DNA of 64,000 nucleotides, from positions 32,001 through 96,000 of the forward strand of contig CAVQGX010000003.1 in the NCBI GenBank assembly GCA_963712115.1. Reading direction: 5' to 3'. The translations under genes were made by a program, and so were the position numbers. The notes beneath the pieces were generated by a model. The model was not told the DNA's origin and ran no database searches. It saw nothing but the letters and a program-made list of their open reading frames with translations. Below are positions 8,273-17,644 of this stretch, piece after piece (position 1 is the first letter of the stretch; every line of letters begins with the position of its first letter). This DNA comes from an uncultured delta proteobacterium (GTDB lineage: Bacteria; Desulfobacterota; Syntrophobacteria; BM002).

Positions 8273-9565
8273 CTACCTCCCCGTCTCTGTGAAATCGGAG
8301 TTGGAGGTCGCGATTAGGGAAGGATCGGGCAGGTGTAGAAGAACCACCTCGCCGCTTTCCCCCAGAGCCTTGAGCGGCTGGTCGTTTAGGTAGAGCTGAA
8401 GGCCAGCAGCGTTGCCGATGTGCAGCCTAAAGCCTGACATTGCCCTCCAAGTATGCTTTTCATCAGGTTTAAGCAGGTATTCGAGTTCTTGACTGTCATC
8501 TATAATCAGGTGAAGCCAGGTCCTCGCCAAGGTTTCGGCTCGTAGAACATAGACCGCCGGTGTCGAGGCTAGTCCAAAAACTTGCTGGTCTTCTTCAAGC
8601 CAAGGAGAGACGCTTTTTTCCGAAGAGGCTGAAGCTTCAACCCTGGGGGAGTAAGGCTGAGGGGTATGACCATTGAGTTCTCCTAGCTCTCCTGCCTTCG
8701 GTGTTATTGCGGCTTGGAGCTGCTTAGATGGCTCTTGGACCACCCTGGCGGATTGTTCTCGCAGTAGCTTGGAATCCAAGACAGTCTGAGAGGTGGCCTG
8801 GACTGTTCCAGACCCATAGACCTGCCCCTCGGTGACAGGTGACGGGGGCTGCGTCGGGGAACGGTTAGACCACCACACTGAGAGAATCAGAACTCCCAAT
8901 AAGGAGAGGATGCCCAATGGCACCATCTTTTTTCTCCCAGAACCCTCACGCCGCAGACCTTGGTTACCTAATAATTCTTTCCAAGAAGGCCTCTTAAGAG
9001 GCTTTAACTCCTCTTCAACTGCACACAGTCTGGCTTGAGTCTCTTCTCTTTTGTGATCACTAACGTCCGCTGCCTTGTCGAAATTCAACAGCCTTTTTTT
9101 CTGCTCTTTCTCCAGTTCCCTAAGTTTGCTCTTGGTCTCCGCCAGTTCACCGGTTTGGGTCTGTAAATTTTGCCTCAAGTCATCGAGCTCAGATTTCAAC
9201 CTCTCCAATTCCTTATGCTTCGCTTCTAGTGCTGCTGGAGGTAGACCCTGACGCTTTTTTTCAAACTGTCCGAAATGGGTCAAAGGCTCCTTGGGCCGGT
9301 CCCTCTCTGTTGAACCAGCAGCCCCCCTTTTGCGCTCACCAAGACTCCTTACCTCATCCATGTCGACGTAGATGCGGCCGTCCTCCTTTAGCCGCGTGAG
9401 CAGTCTTTTATTCAAATAGTTAATTATCGTGCCTTTGGAGACTCCAAGGGCCCTAGCCGCCACCTGGATAGTGACTCTTTCCTTCACCACAGAAGGTTCC
9501 GGGGCTGAGAGGAAAAAATGAGATACTCTCTCTAACCCTCTCTCCTGGTTTTTCCTAGCCTTCAT
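8273..9565 (-). CDS. HTH + coiled-coil + TM + DUF4115 (RodZ C-terminal-like) protein
   Basis: HTH 'TIQVAARALGVSKGTIINYL'; heptad-rich region; TM MVPLGILSLLGVLILSVWW; C-terminal 'TWL.L.ID...L.P....W.A...F.L.IGNAAGL.L.LN...LG..GEV'. Confidence 0.8.
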   Translation of the reverse strand: MKARKNQERGLERVSHFFLSAPEPSVVKERVTIQVAARALGVSKGTIINYLNKRLLTRLKEDGRIYVDMDEVRSLGERKRGAAGSTERDRPKEPLTHFGQFEKKRQGLPPAALEAKHKELERLKSELDDLRQNLQTQTGELAETKSKLRELEKEQKKRLLNFDKAADVSDHKREETQARLCAVEEELKPLKRPSWKELLGNQGLRREGSGRKKMVPLGILSLLGVLILSVWWSNRSPTQPPSPVTEGQVYGSGTVQATSQTVLDSKLLREQSARVVQEPSKQLQAAITPKAGELGELNGHTPQPYSPRVEASASSEKSVSPWLEEDQQVFGLASTPAVYVLRAETLARTWLHLIIDDSQELEYLLKPDEKHTWRAMSGFRLHIGNAAGLQLYLNDQPLKALGESGEVVLLHLPDPSLIATSNSDFTETGR

Positions 9566-9582
9566 AAAAGATCCAAGGTAGA

Positions 9583-10662
9583 TTACAGGCTGATGAGCGA
9601 ATTTACCCCGCCGTAAGCATCTTCAACTGTGCTGTCGTTGGCAGGATCAGCTATCCAGCGGCCATCAACCAGGTACTTATACTCATAGGATCCAGGCCTG
9701 AGGGAAATAGTCTTGTGCCAGAGCGGTCTACCCTGGGACTCGGTGAAATCCAACGATTCCGGCACCCACTCATTAAAATCTCCTGCGATCTGCACTACCG
9801 CGCCCTCAGGCGCTTCCACCCTGAACAATATTTCCCTTTCTGGTTGTAACTTCAGCCGTCCCTCAGCTGCCAAAAACGACTCCAGAGTAAAACCCCTGGC
9901 CAGCATTTCAGGCTCCTCATCCAGAATCTCCCTGGTTAAACTTCGATAATCGCGGAAGCCAGCACAGTGCTTGTCGAATTCGGCTATGGCCTTTCCCTCC
10001 CTTGCAGCTTCTCTCAATCTGGTGCAGGTCTTGATCATGGTGTCGAAACAGTTTTCGGGAAATCTAGCCCTAAGATCCTCTACTAGACTCCTGCAGAAAT
10101 TGGTCCTGAGGTCGACGTTGGTGGCTAAAATCTTGATGTTGAGCTGATGTCGGACCCTCTCTTCGATAATCCGGATAGTATCTAGAAGCTTTCCGAGACC
10201 GTGAATAGAGAAAAAACTGGAGTCCACGGGAATGATCACCTCCTCAGCTGCCACCAGTCCATTAAAGGTCAAAAGACCCACGCTGGGAGGACTGTCAATG
10301 ATGAGGTAGTCGTAATTTTTTTCAACCTCCACAAGGCTCTGGGTGAGTTTGTATTCCCGCTCGCTGGCACCTGCCATGACCTGCTCAAAGGCACTCAATA
10401 CCACATCACTCAGAACAGCGTCGAGATTCTCTTTCAATGTCTGGGTGGCTTCGCTAATCGGTATTTTGCCTAGCAGGACCTCATAGATAGTCTTCTCTGC
10501 ATGGTCAACCTCTGCCCCAAGTCCAAGCCCTGCATGCCCTTGCGGATCCAGATCAATCAAGAGCACCTTCTTACCCTCACCTGCCAAGAAGTGGGCTAGA
10601 TTTATTGCTGTTGTCGTTTTGCCGCAACCGCCCTTTTGATTGACAAGAGCAATTTTTCTCAT
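9583..10662 (-). CDS. parA: ParA/Soj family ATPase with C-terminal glycogen-binding CBM48 (AMPK1_CBM-like) domain
   Basis: NQKGGCGKTTT, DLDPQG, IIDSPP; C-terminal 'VQIAGDFNEW...L.PG.YEYKYLVDG.W..DP.N'. Strong RBS before ATG 10662; alternative in-frame ATG at 10806. Confidence 0.9.
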   Translation of the reverse strand: MRKIALVNQKGGCGKTTTAINLAHFLAGEGKKVLLIDLDPQGHAGLGLGAEVDHAEKTIYEVLLGKIPISEATQTLKENLDAVLSDVVLSAFEQVMAGASEREYKLTQSLVEVEKNYDYLIIDSPPSVGLLTFNGLVAAEEVIIPVDSSFFSIHGLGKLLDTIRIIEERVRHQLNIKILATNVDLRTNFCRSLVEDLRARFPENCFDTMIKTCTRLREAAREGKAIAEFDKHCAGFRDYRSLTREILDEEPEMLARGFTLESFLAAEGRLKLQPEREILFRVEAPEGAVVQIAGDFNEWVPESLDFTESQGRPLWHKTISLRPGSYEYKYLVDGRWIADPANDSTVEDAYGGVNSLISL

Positions 10663-11436
10663 GGCTCTCCCTCCTTCCTTTCTTAAGGCAGGGAAAGAAG
10701 AGCGACTTCTCTCCCTGGTTGATTTCCCATCGAAGTCATCTAACTTCTTGAACCTATGAAATAGTCCGCTTAACAGGGCTCCAACCTTTCGAAGTAGAGA
10801 TCTCATGGTCGATATTCTCCTTGCCGGATTAATAAGGGATGTTTCTGGCTGGAAAGCTGTATTAAGTAATCTGGGGTAGTAGAAGAAAAGCTTGCTAAAT
10901 CGTGGATAAATGAAACGGCTACACCATTTGCAGACAAGGAAATTTTTGTCCACTTACGGTGCCGGTAGAGCCCGGTTCTTTCCCTTGATTGGGGAAGAGA
11001 CATGTCAATGCCAAGGCGATTCGGTGGTTTCTGTTCAATAACCAGCTCAAACATTAATGAGCCGGATAGCCTTGTCACAATCGATACATATTGTGATGAA
11101 TTATCATCAGCCTCCTGTATCCTTTAACCACCTGCTGCGACTTAAACCACAATAAATTAGACATGTCAAGTAAATAGAGGGCAAGTTTGTTTAAATAAAT
11201 GGTTTTTTTCTTTAGAAAAAAGAGAGTTTTCCGCTTCAAATTAATCTTCATCCCAGAATCTACCTTGTTCAATAGCTGAGATTTTTAGTCAATAGATTGG
11301 CACTTTCCCGTGAGATCAAACAAATCAAGAGATTGGCCAAAACGGCACTTACTTGCGATGCAAAAGAAATTCCGCAGTTTGACACAGAGATTTCGCAAAA
11401 GGCTTACTTGTGGTGGAAAGTAGTTGAATTACACCT

Positions 11437-11452
11437 TGGCATGTTTATTGCT
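11437..11452 (+). promoter_or_regulatory. sigma54 promoter
   Basis: TGGCAT-GTTTA-TTGCT upstream of ORF 11512/11542. Confidence 0.6.
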
Positions 11453-11511
11453 CAACAACTGGTTTGGACTTCATTGTTAAAGAGGAATACATGGAATGAT
11501 CTAACAAGACA

Positions 11512-11937
11512 ATGGAATGTAGGCCAGAAAAAACTGAGTTGATGGAACTAACTGAAAGACAAAAGCTACTGCTGGAGTCTGCCAGCGATTGGATTCAAAA
11601 CAATTATCCAGAAGCGCGCCTAGTAGGTGTAGCTTGGTGGTTTTTTGACTGCGGTTGTATGGCTGGAATGGGCTTCTCCCTTGAATCCGGTATAGTTACT
11701 CCAGCGGTTCGAGTTGATCGGGCATTGGTAGAAGACGGAGCAGTTCCACCGTGTGAAAAGTGCTTGGAAGACAATCCTGCTAATGTAAATAGAGTGTTTA
11801 CCTTTGGGACGGCTTGGTTTAGACCAATACCGGACTCGAAAACAAGAGATCGGGTCAAAAAAGAACTATTCAGCCCGCTGCTGGAGAGGGAAACTGTCGA
11901 AATGTATCAAGAGGGCGAATTCCAAATAACGCACTAG
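11512..11937 (+). CDS. Hypothetical Cys-containing protein (start may be 11542)
   Basis: Protein-like ORF with CGC and CEKC motifs; sigma54 site upstream. Confidence 0.6.
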   Translation: MECRPEKTELMELTERQKLLLESASDWIQNNYPEARLVGVAWWFFDCGCMAGMGFSLESGIVTPAVRVDRALVEDGAVPPCEKCLEDNPANVNRVFTFGTAWFRPIPDSKTRDRVKKELFSPLLERETVEMYQEGEFQITH

Positions 11938-12112
11938 ACAATAAAGTGAGTCGTCAGCCAGAGAAAAGTTGGCGCCCGTTCTGCAGAAGAGTTCCCGTCC
12001 TCTCTAATTCAGTCTTTCAGTAGTGAACGAGTTACTTTCCTTTAACACTCCTATTCTTCCGGGCAAATACCACCACAGGTCATTTCCCCTGCCTTATACT
12101 GCTCCTAAAATC

Positions 12113-12400
12113 CTATACCTTCAAAATGTTGTTATGGGTACCGAAGGTGTTAGGGACAATCTGATCATTGCCGGGATCATTGTGCCATTGCCCATCCACC
12201 AGAAACTTGTACTCGTACCTCCCGGGGGCAAGAGTAACAATCTTGGTCCACCTCCCTTTATTGTCCCTTTTCATTATGTGCTTTTTTTCATCCCAACTGT
12301 TAAAGTCTCCCACCAAGATGGCCTGCTTGGCTTCGGCTGCCTCCAACTTGAAGGTAATCCTTTTTTTCTCCGCCTTGTTTTTCTGCTTTGTTCTGGACAT
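12113..12400 (-). CDS. Stand-alone glycogen-binding CBM48 (isoamylase early set) protein
   Basis: 'LVGDFNSW...MKR..KG.W...L.PG.YEYKFLVDG.W..DP'; RBS GAGGAGGG. Confidence 0.9.
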   Translation of the reverse strand: MSRTKQKNKAEKKRITFKLEAAEAKQAILVGDFNSWDEKKHIMKRDNKGRWTKIVTLAPGRYEYKFLVDGQWHNDPGNDQIVPNTFGTHNNILKV

Positions 12401-12705
12401 TGCTCACCCTCCTCGGTTTGCTTTGTATGTACGCCCGAACATCCAAGCAATGACATGATAGACCACTAAGTATATGCATGTAAATAGGAAAAACCACCAC
12501 ATTGATAGGTCATTGTCTACAGCCTGCCCATTTGCCTTGTACTCAGAGCCCGCATGTGTTATGAAACTAAAAAGTAACTCGGTAACAATCTGTGAAACAA
12601 GGGGGGCGCCGAGACATTCCTGATTTACTCCTGTTGCAAGAATCTCTTTTGTACCTGGACCTCCCGTAACTATCCCCGAGTTTTTTCCTCATTTGGTCAC
12701 GACCT

Positions 12706-12887
12706 AGCCCGGATGTTTTATGAATCAATGTCGTGAGATTATGAAGATGGGCGTGCCACCGGGCAACCGCAGGGGGTTTGATCCTAGGCGTACCTGAACG
12801 GTACGTCGCAGGAACCAACATCCGAGGACGCCCGGAAGGACGACCATATTCACGGTCGCAACAAGCTATTCATGAGACATCCGGGCT
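12706..12887. mobile_element. MITE-like element
   Basis: 20-bp terminal inverted repeats AGCCCGGATGTTTTATGAAT / ATTCATGAGACATCCGGGCT (18/20); internal palindrome CGTACC-TGAAC-GGTACG; lone end copy at 7751-7770. Confidence 0.65.
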
Positions 12888-12996
12888 TGAAGCAAGTCAA
12901 TTTATAGGCGAAACAAATTGAGTTTTTTGGAGACTAATATTAGGAGGATCTTTTTAGCTCAATCTTGTCTTCTCCATCTCAGGAGGGAACTTTAAT

Positions 12997-13203
12997 ATGG
13001 TTGCCAAGAATCAAGATGCCCATTATTTCACGATTGAAGTGGATCGTGACATACCGCTTTCAGAGCAACTTCACAAGGCCAACTCTCAATTGTGTTTTGA
13101 ACTCCGGGTCGAAGAGAAGGTGTTCTTGGAGGATATTCAATTCAAGAACGGTTATAAGGTCTTGCGTTATCGATTTTGGAGAGATGAACCTGCCAAGAAG
13201 TAG
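12997..13203 (+). CDS. Small hypothetical protein
   Basis: 68-aa ORF with strong RBS AGGAGGG. Confidence 0.55.
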   Translation: MVAKNQDAHYFTIEVDRDIPLSEQLHKANSQLCFELRVEEKVFLEDIQFKNGYKVLRYRFWRDEPAKK

Positions 13204-13326
13204 AAACCAGAGAGTGGCAAGTTCTTGTTTTGTTACGAAAAAAAGCCCCTCATTCTTTTTCTGTCCTGGCAGGATTGAAGCAAGGCTGAAGTATTAGTTG
13301 GCATTCGTCGAAGGCCCAAGTGAGAT

Positions 13327-13698
13327 TCAGTTCCTAGCTGCCAAGCGTTTAAGCTTCATCACGTAGTGTTGGGCGATTAAATTGCGTAACCGTTTGCGAC
13401 CGATGGTTGACAGGTGCGTAAACCGCACTACCATACCCCGCGGGCTAACCTGGTCATTATTATCTGACTCATAAAATTCCAGTCGGACCACCTCGGCCTC
13501 CACCAACAGGGTCTCATTTTCCGAAATATCTATACTTATAGTGGCAGCCTCATTTAAGCGTGGAGGCTGGTGGCAGCGAATAAGCGCTCCGCGGTTATTG
13601 ATTAGCCGCGTTTCTCCGTGCACATGCCCCTCTGAGGTTAACAAAGTAACAGGGTACCGGACTTTGATCGCTGGATAATTGTATGGTTTTTCATTCAT
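13327..13698 (-). CDS. PilZ domain protein (degenerate c-di-GMP motifs)
   Basis: PilZ pattern 'G.T..I...GA.I....AEVVR...GM.VRF..L'; lacks RxxxR. Confidence 0.75.
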   Translation of the reverse strand: MNEKPYNYPAIKVRYPVTLLTSEGHVHGETRLINNRGALIRCHQPPRLNEAATISIDISENETLLVEAEVVRLEFYESDNNDQVSPRGMVVRFTHLSTIGRKRLRNLIAQHYVMKLKRLAARN

Positions 13699-13843
13699 TT
13701 TTTTATCCGAAATGATACGTCCATGAAGTGTTAAAACGGTTGCCCTTAAAAGGCAAAAAGCCCTGCTGGCCCTAGTGGAGCGATGAATGAGCTTTGTTGT
13801 CACTAGAACCAGAGCTTAATATATTTTTTCTCTATCGAATAAG

Positions 13844-13859
13844 TGCAACTTGTGTGCCC
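13844..13859 (-). promoter_or_regulatory. sigma54 promoter
   Basis: Minus strand GGGCAC-ACAAG-TTGCA upstream of the PilZ gene. Confidence 0.5.
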
Positions 13860-13980
13860 TACTCCCTCACCAATTCAGCCCCAACATAGTAAAAAATCAG
13901 GCCCAGAGGACCTTGTTTTGAGCTGCCCTTGAGCTGGTCTTTCCTTGACCCACCATTCAACCAACTGGAGTGATGGAATA

Positions 13981-14109
13981 ATGAAATCCCAAACTCCAAG
14001 CACCAAATTACAAACAAATCTCAAATTCCAGTATTCAATGACCAAAACAGGTTTGAAATTTTGAATTTTGGTCATTGTGATTTGTTTGATATTTGTGATT
14101 TGGAATTTC
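13981..14109. repeat. Dispersed ~130-bp hairpin repeat (copy 1 of 3)
   Basis: AAATCCCAAA..CACCAAATTACAAACAAATCTCAAATTCCA..AATGACCAAAACAGGTTTG..TTGGTCATTGTGATTTGTTTG; related copies at ~46151-46290 and ~53552-53680. Confidence 0.8.
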
Positions 14110-14236
14110 TGATACTCTATTACTCCAAAACCGCTAGTCATCTTTGACGGCAAAGCCATTGAAAATTGACCTGGCCCAGAGGACCAGGTTTTCTATGTTA
14201 AAATAAATTATTATGATAAGTGGAAAACTAAGCTCT

Positions 14237-15280
14237 ATGCCTAAACATCCCTTGGCCATAGCTCTTTTAGCTGCTCTTTTGTTCGGTGCTGCGACCCCGG
14301 CAAGTAAGGCACTCTTGCAAACACTGCCAACTTTTCAGCTCGCCGGGCTGCTTTATTTGGGCGCAGCCATTGGGGTTATTCCCCTATTAATCAGGGAAAG
14401 GAGGTTTTCTTATCCCTGGGATCTCGATGTCAAAACGGGTTACCGCCTTCTTGGAGCCATTGGTTTGGGTGGTGTGGTTGGCCCCCTGCTACTGCTCTTT
14501 GGTTTGAGTTTGGCCTCGGCTGCTTCAGTATCTCTGTGGCTCAATTTGGAACTCATAGCCACTGTTATTCTCGGATTTCTCATTTTTCGCGATGAATTAC
14601 ATCTTGCCGGCTGGGGCGCAACCACGGGAATAGTGGCAGCAGCAACTTTGCTCGCTTTTTCTGAGGGACATGCCGGGGTAAAGGCCGGCTTACTTGTTGG
14701 CGCAGCTTGTTTTTGCTGGGGCTTGGACAATCATTTCACCGCCTTAATCACTGGTATTACTCCGGCCCAGACCACCTTTTGGAAAGGTTTGGTGGCGGGG
14801 ATCGTCAATCTTAGTATTGGAATACAATTGGATCCATACATTGCGACATTTTATCTTTCCACCGCGGCCATTTTGGTTGGTGCTTTCTGTTATGGTTTAA
14901 GCCTGGTGCTATATATAGCTTCGGCCCAAAGACTTGGCGCCGCCCGTAGTCAGATCATTTTCTCCAGTTCCCCGTTTTTTGGAGTCATCCTTGCTGCGGT
15001 TTTCCTGGGAGAATCCATTTACCCCGCTCAGATGATTGCAGCGCTGATTATTGCTTTCTCTTTGGCGCTGTTGTTTTTCGAAAAGCACTACCATCTGCAC
15101 CATCACAAAGCGACTGCACATGAACACTGGCATGGTCACGATGACGGACATCACCATCACCCTTTCTCAGAAATGGAGCAATCCAACTACCACGGTCACT
15201 GGCATGAACATAGGGAGACCACACACGCACACCAACACTGGCCTGACCCCCAACATAGGCACAAACACGATGAAGAGTAA
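14237..15280 (+). CDS. DMT/EamA family transporter with His-rich C-terminal tail
   Basis: About 10 hydrophobic segments, 'LFGA.TPASK.LL', 'WGLDN'; tail HHHKATAHEHWHGHDDGHHHH...HAHQHWPDPQHRHKH. Confidence 0.9.
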   Translation: MPKHPLAIALLAALLFGAATPASKALLQTLPTFQLAGLLYLGAAIGVIPLLIRERRFSYPWDLDVKTGYRLLGAIGLGGVVGPLLLLFGLSLASAASVSLWLNLELIATVILGFLIFRDELHLAGWGATTGIVAAATLLAFSEGHAGVKAGLLVGAACFCWGLDNHFTALITGITPAQTTFWKGLVAGIVNLSIGIQLDPYIATFYLSTAAILVGAFCYGLSLVLYIASAQRLGAARSQIIFSSSPFFGVILAAVFLGESIYPAQMIAALIIAFSLALLFFEKHYHLHHHKATAHEHWHGHDDGHHHHPFSEMEQSNYHGHWHEHRETTHAHQHWPDPQHRHKHDEE

Positions 15281-15476
15281 CGATTTCGGATTGCGGACTG
15301 CGGATTGGGGATTGGGAAAATTGGAAGCATGAAAATCCGCAATCCAAAATCCGAAATCCGAATTCCGCGATCCGGAATCGGAAATGTCCTTGACTCCAGC
15401 AGGGAAGATGGTAATAATTTCTAATAAAGGTTGGGGCGAAGCCCACAGATTAAGATAAGAATTTATTATCGACAAT

Positions 15477-15540
15477 AGGTCACGAAGGCTTATCAATGCT
15501 CCGAAGGGTTATTTGAAGATAAGCTTGTGTGACCTTTTTT
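15477..15540 (+). terminator. Leader hairpin plus T-tract directly upstream of cbiM (candidate attenuator)
   Basis: AGGTCACGAAGGCTTATC ... GATAAGCTTGTGTGACCT followed by a T run, ending 26 nt before the ATG. Confidence 0.55.
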
Positions 15541-15566
15541 GTTAGTTTCAAATTAGAGAGTTAACT

Positions 15567-16181
15567 ATGCATATATCTGAAGGAGTTCTTTCTCCACCCG
15601 TTCTTATAGTTGGGGCAGCCCTCACGGCAGCCGGAGTCGCCATTGGGTTGAAGAAGATGGACAACGAAAAGATCCCCCGGGTGGCGGTATTGACTGCAGC
15701 TTTTTTTGTGGCCTCCCTCATCCGGGTGCCCGTCGGCCCTTCTGCTGTGCATCTGGTTCTGAACGGCCTATTGGGAATTGTGCTCGGCTGGGCTGCCTTT
15801 CCTGCCATTCTAGTGGGGCTAGCTCTCCAAGCTCTTCTCTTCCAATTTGGAGGTCTGACTACCCTGGGAGTCAATACCTTTATCATGGCCATGCCCGCCA
15901 TCCTCTGCTATTACCTTTTCGGTCGATCCATAACCTCGAAACACCCAGGTGTGGCCACAGCCCTGGCTTTTGCTTGCGGCTTTTTCGCCATTTTGCTCAG
16001 TTCTCTATTATTGGCCATGTGTCTGATATTCACCGGCGAATCGTTTATGCAAGCAGCAAAGGTTCTTGTACTGGCCCATCTTCCTGTGATGTTTCTCGAA
16101 GGATTAGTAGTAGCTTTCTGCCTGGCATTCCTCATGAAAGTCAAACCCGAGCTCTTGGGAGTGACCCATGCTGCTGGCTAG
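15567..16181 (+). CDS. cbiM: Co/Ni ECF transporter substrate component CbiM/NikM
   Basis: N-terminal MHISEG, 'S.VHL.LNGL.G', 'LQALLFQFGG.TTLG.N'. Confidence 0.93.
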   Translation: MHISEGVLSPPVLIVGAALTAAGVAIGLKKMDNEKIPRVAVLTAAFFVASLIRVPVGPSAVHLVLNGLLGIVLGWAAFPAILVGLALQALLFQFGGLTTLGVNTFIMAMPAILCYYLFGRSITSKHPGVATALAFACGFFAILLSSLLLAMCLIFTGESFMQAAKVLVLAHLPVMFLEGLVVAFCLAFLMKVKPELLGVTHAAG

Positions 16182-16782
16182 TTACCCCCGTCTCATTCGG
16201 GGTGCTACCTTAGTCATATCGGCTTTGGGAATAATCGCTTTTTTGACTCTGGCCTCCCAAGTCTGGGCCCACAAGGTCAACGTTTTCGCCTGGGTTGAAG
16301 GGGACATGGTTTTAGTGGAAGGTTATTACCCCGGTGGGAAAAAGGCGCAAAACTCGCTGGTGGAGGTATACAATAGTACCGGAGCCAAGCTCTTGGAAGG
16401 CAGAACAAACCAAAAGGGTGAGTTTTCCTTCAAAATACCTGCGAGGGAAGATCTGAGGATTGTTCTTACTGCCGGCATGGGCCATAAAAATGATTTCACC
16501 ATAACAGCCGGCGACCTTGGAGGATCGGAGCCATCTTCAGAGGAATCAGTTCCAAAAACAAGAGATAAAGTTGCAGCTCCTTCCTCAACAACTGTAGACA
16601 TGGACCAGTTGGAGTTAATGATCGATCAGGCTCTGGATCGAAAGCTCGAGCCGGTGATCAAGCTTATTCGTAATACCCGAAAAGAGGGACCTGGTGTTAC
16701 GGAAATAATTGGCGGCATAGGATATATTTTGGGCCTTTTTGGGTTGGTTATGTATTTCAAGAGCAGGAACAGAAGCAAGTAG
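16168..16782 (+). CDS. Accessory periplasmic/membrane component of Ni/Co ECF transporter (CbiL/NikL-like)
   Basis: Signal peptide ending AHKVNVFAW, 'G.T...GEFSF', 'AGMGH', C-terminal TM IIGGIGYILGLFGL; lies between cbiM and cbiQ. Confidence 0.75.
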   Translation: MLLASYPRLIRGATLVISALGIIAFLTLASQVWAHKVNVFAWVEGDMVLVEGYYPGGKKAQNSLVEVYNSTGAKLLEGRTNQKGEFSFKIPAREDLRIVLTAGMGHKNDFTITAGDLGGSEPSSEESVPKTRDKVAAPSSTTVDMDQLELMIDQALDRKLEPVIKLIRNTRKEGPGVTEIIGGIGYILGLFGLVMYFKSRNRSK

Positions 16783-16885
16783 TCAGTAGTCAGTAGTCAG
16801 TAGGGGGGAAGATTGTAATAATGGGTTAGGTGATACCCCCTAGTTTAGCTGAAAGCTGACGGCTGATAGCTGACAGCTAAGAAAA

Positions 16886-17644
16886 ATGCATATTGACAAC
16901 TTCGCCACGGGAGATTCCCTTCTCCACCGTCTTGACCCCCGAATTAAAATAGTCGTAGCCGTGCTTTTCTCCGTAATTGTCGCAGTAGCTGACAGGCCCC
17001 TTTGCCTGGCAGCGGCTATTTGCTTTTCCCTCGCTTTGTTGCTCATCGCCCGCCTATCCTTAAGAGAAGTTTTCTTGCGACTTTTAGTGGTCAACGCTTT
17101 TATTTTTTTCCTCTGGCTTTTTTTGCCCTTTACCTATGGTGGGGAAAAGCTTTTCAGTATCGGTCCTCTAGATGCCACCCGGGAAGGGATCATCTACGCT
17201 CTCCAAATAACGGTCAAATCTAACACCATCGTTGTCGCCCTAATCGCGCTCCTTGCCACTACCCCGATTATTACCCTGGGACATGCCTTGGGCCACCTAT
17301 ACGTGCCGCAAAAGCTGATTCATCTGCTATTTTTTACCGTCCGCTACCTCCAAGTCCTTCATTTGGAATATGATCGGCTGCGCGCCGCCATGCGGATTAG
17401 AGCTTTCAAGCCAGGCACCAATTTGCATACCTATAGAAGTTTCGCATACCTCATCGGCATGCTGTTAATCAAAAGCTTCGATCGAGCTGACCGCATCCGC
17501 AAGGCCATGCTCTGTCGAGGATTTCATGGAGAATTTTATCTCCTCAGCCATTTCGACCTGCAAAAAATCGACGTTGTCATGCTCTTGATCATGATGCTCG
17601 TCGTAGGTGGCATGGCATCGTTGCAATGGATAATTCTGAAGTAA
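16886..17644 (+). CDS. cbiQ: ECF transporter T component CbiQ
   Basis: 'LHRLDPR.K', 'RY', 'AM..R.F', 'AM.CRGF.G'. Confidence 0.93.
   Translation: MHIDNFATGDSLLHRLDPRIKIVVAVLFSVIVAVADRPLCLAAAICFSLALLLIARLSLREVFLRLLVVNAFIFFLWLFLPFTYGGEKLFSIGPLDATREGIIYALQITVKSNTIVVALIALLATTPIITLGHALGHLYVPQKLIHLLFFTVRYLQVLHLEYDRLRAAMRIRAFKPGTNLHTYRSFAYLIGMLLIKSFDRADRIRKAMLCRGFHGEFYLLSHFDLQKIDVVMLLIMMLVVGGMASLQWIILK

Noticed and set aside
10807-11542. Upstream extension of parA to 10953 and ORFs 10803-11078, 11075-11272, 11297-11542
   Set aside because: AT-rich divergent promoter region, non-ATG or RBS-less starts, no motifs.
13875-14159. 94-aa ORF (also 53525-53725, 15048-15496, 3457-3660, 42447-42659)
   Set aside because: Translations of low-complexity repeat elements or antisense overlaps; no domain signal.
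15390-15566. Cobalamin riboswitch upstream of cbiM
   Set aside because: The conserved B12-box and core motifs are not recognisable; only a terminator-like hairpin is supported.
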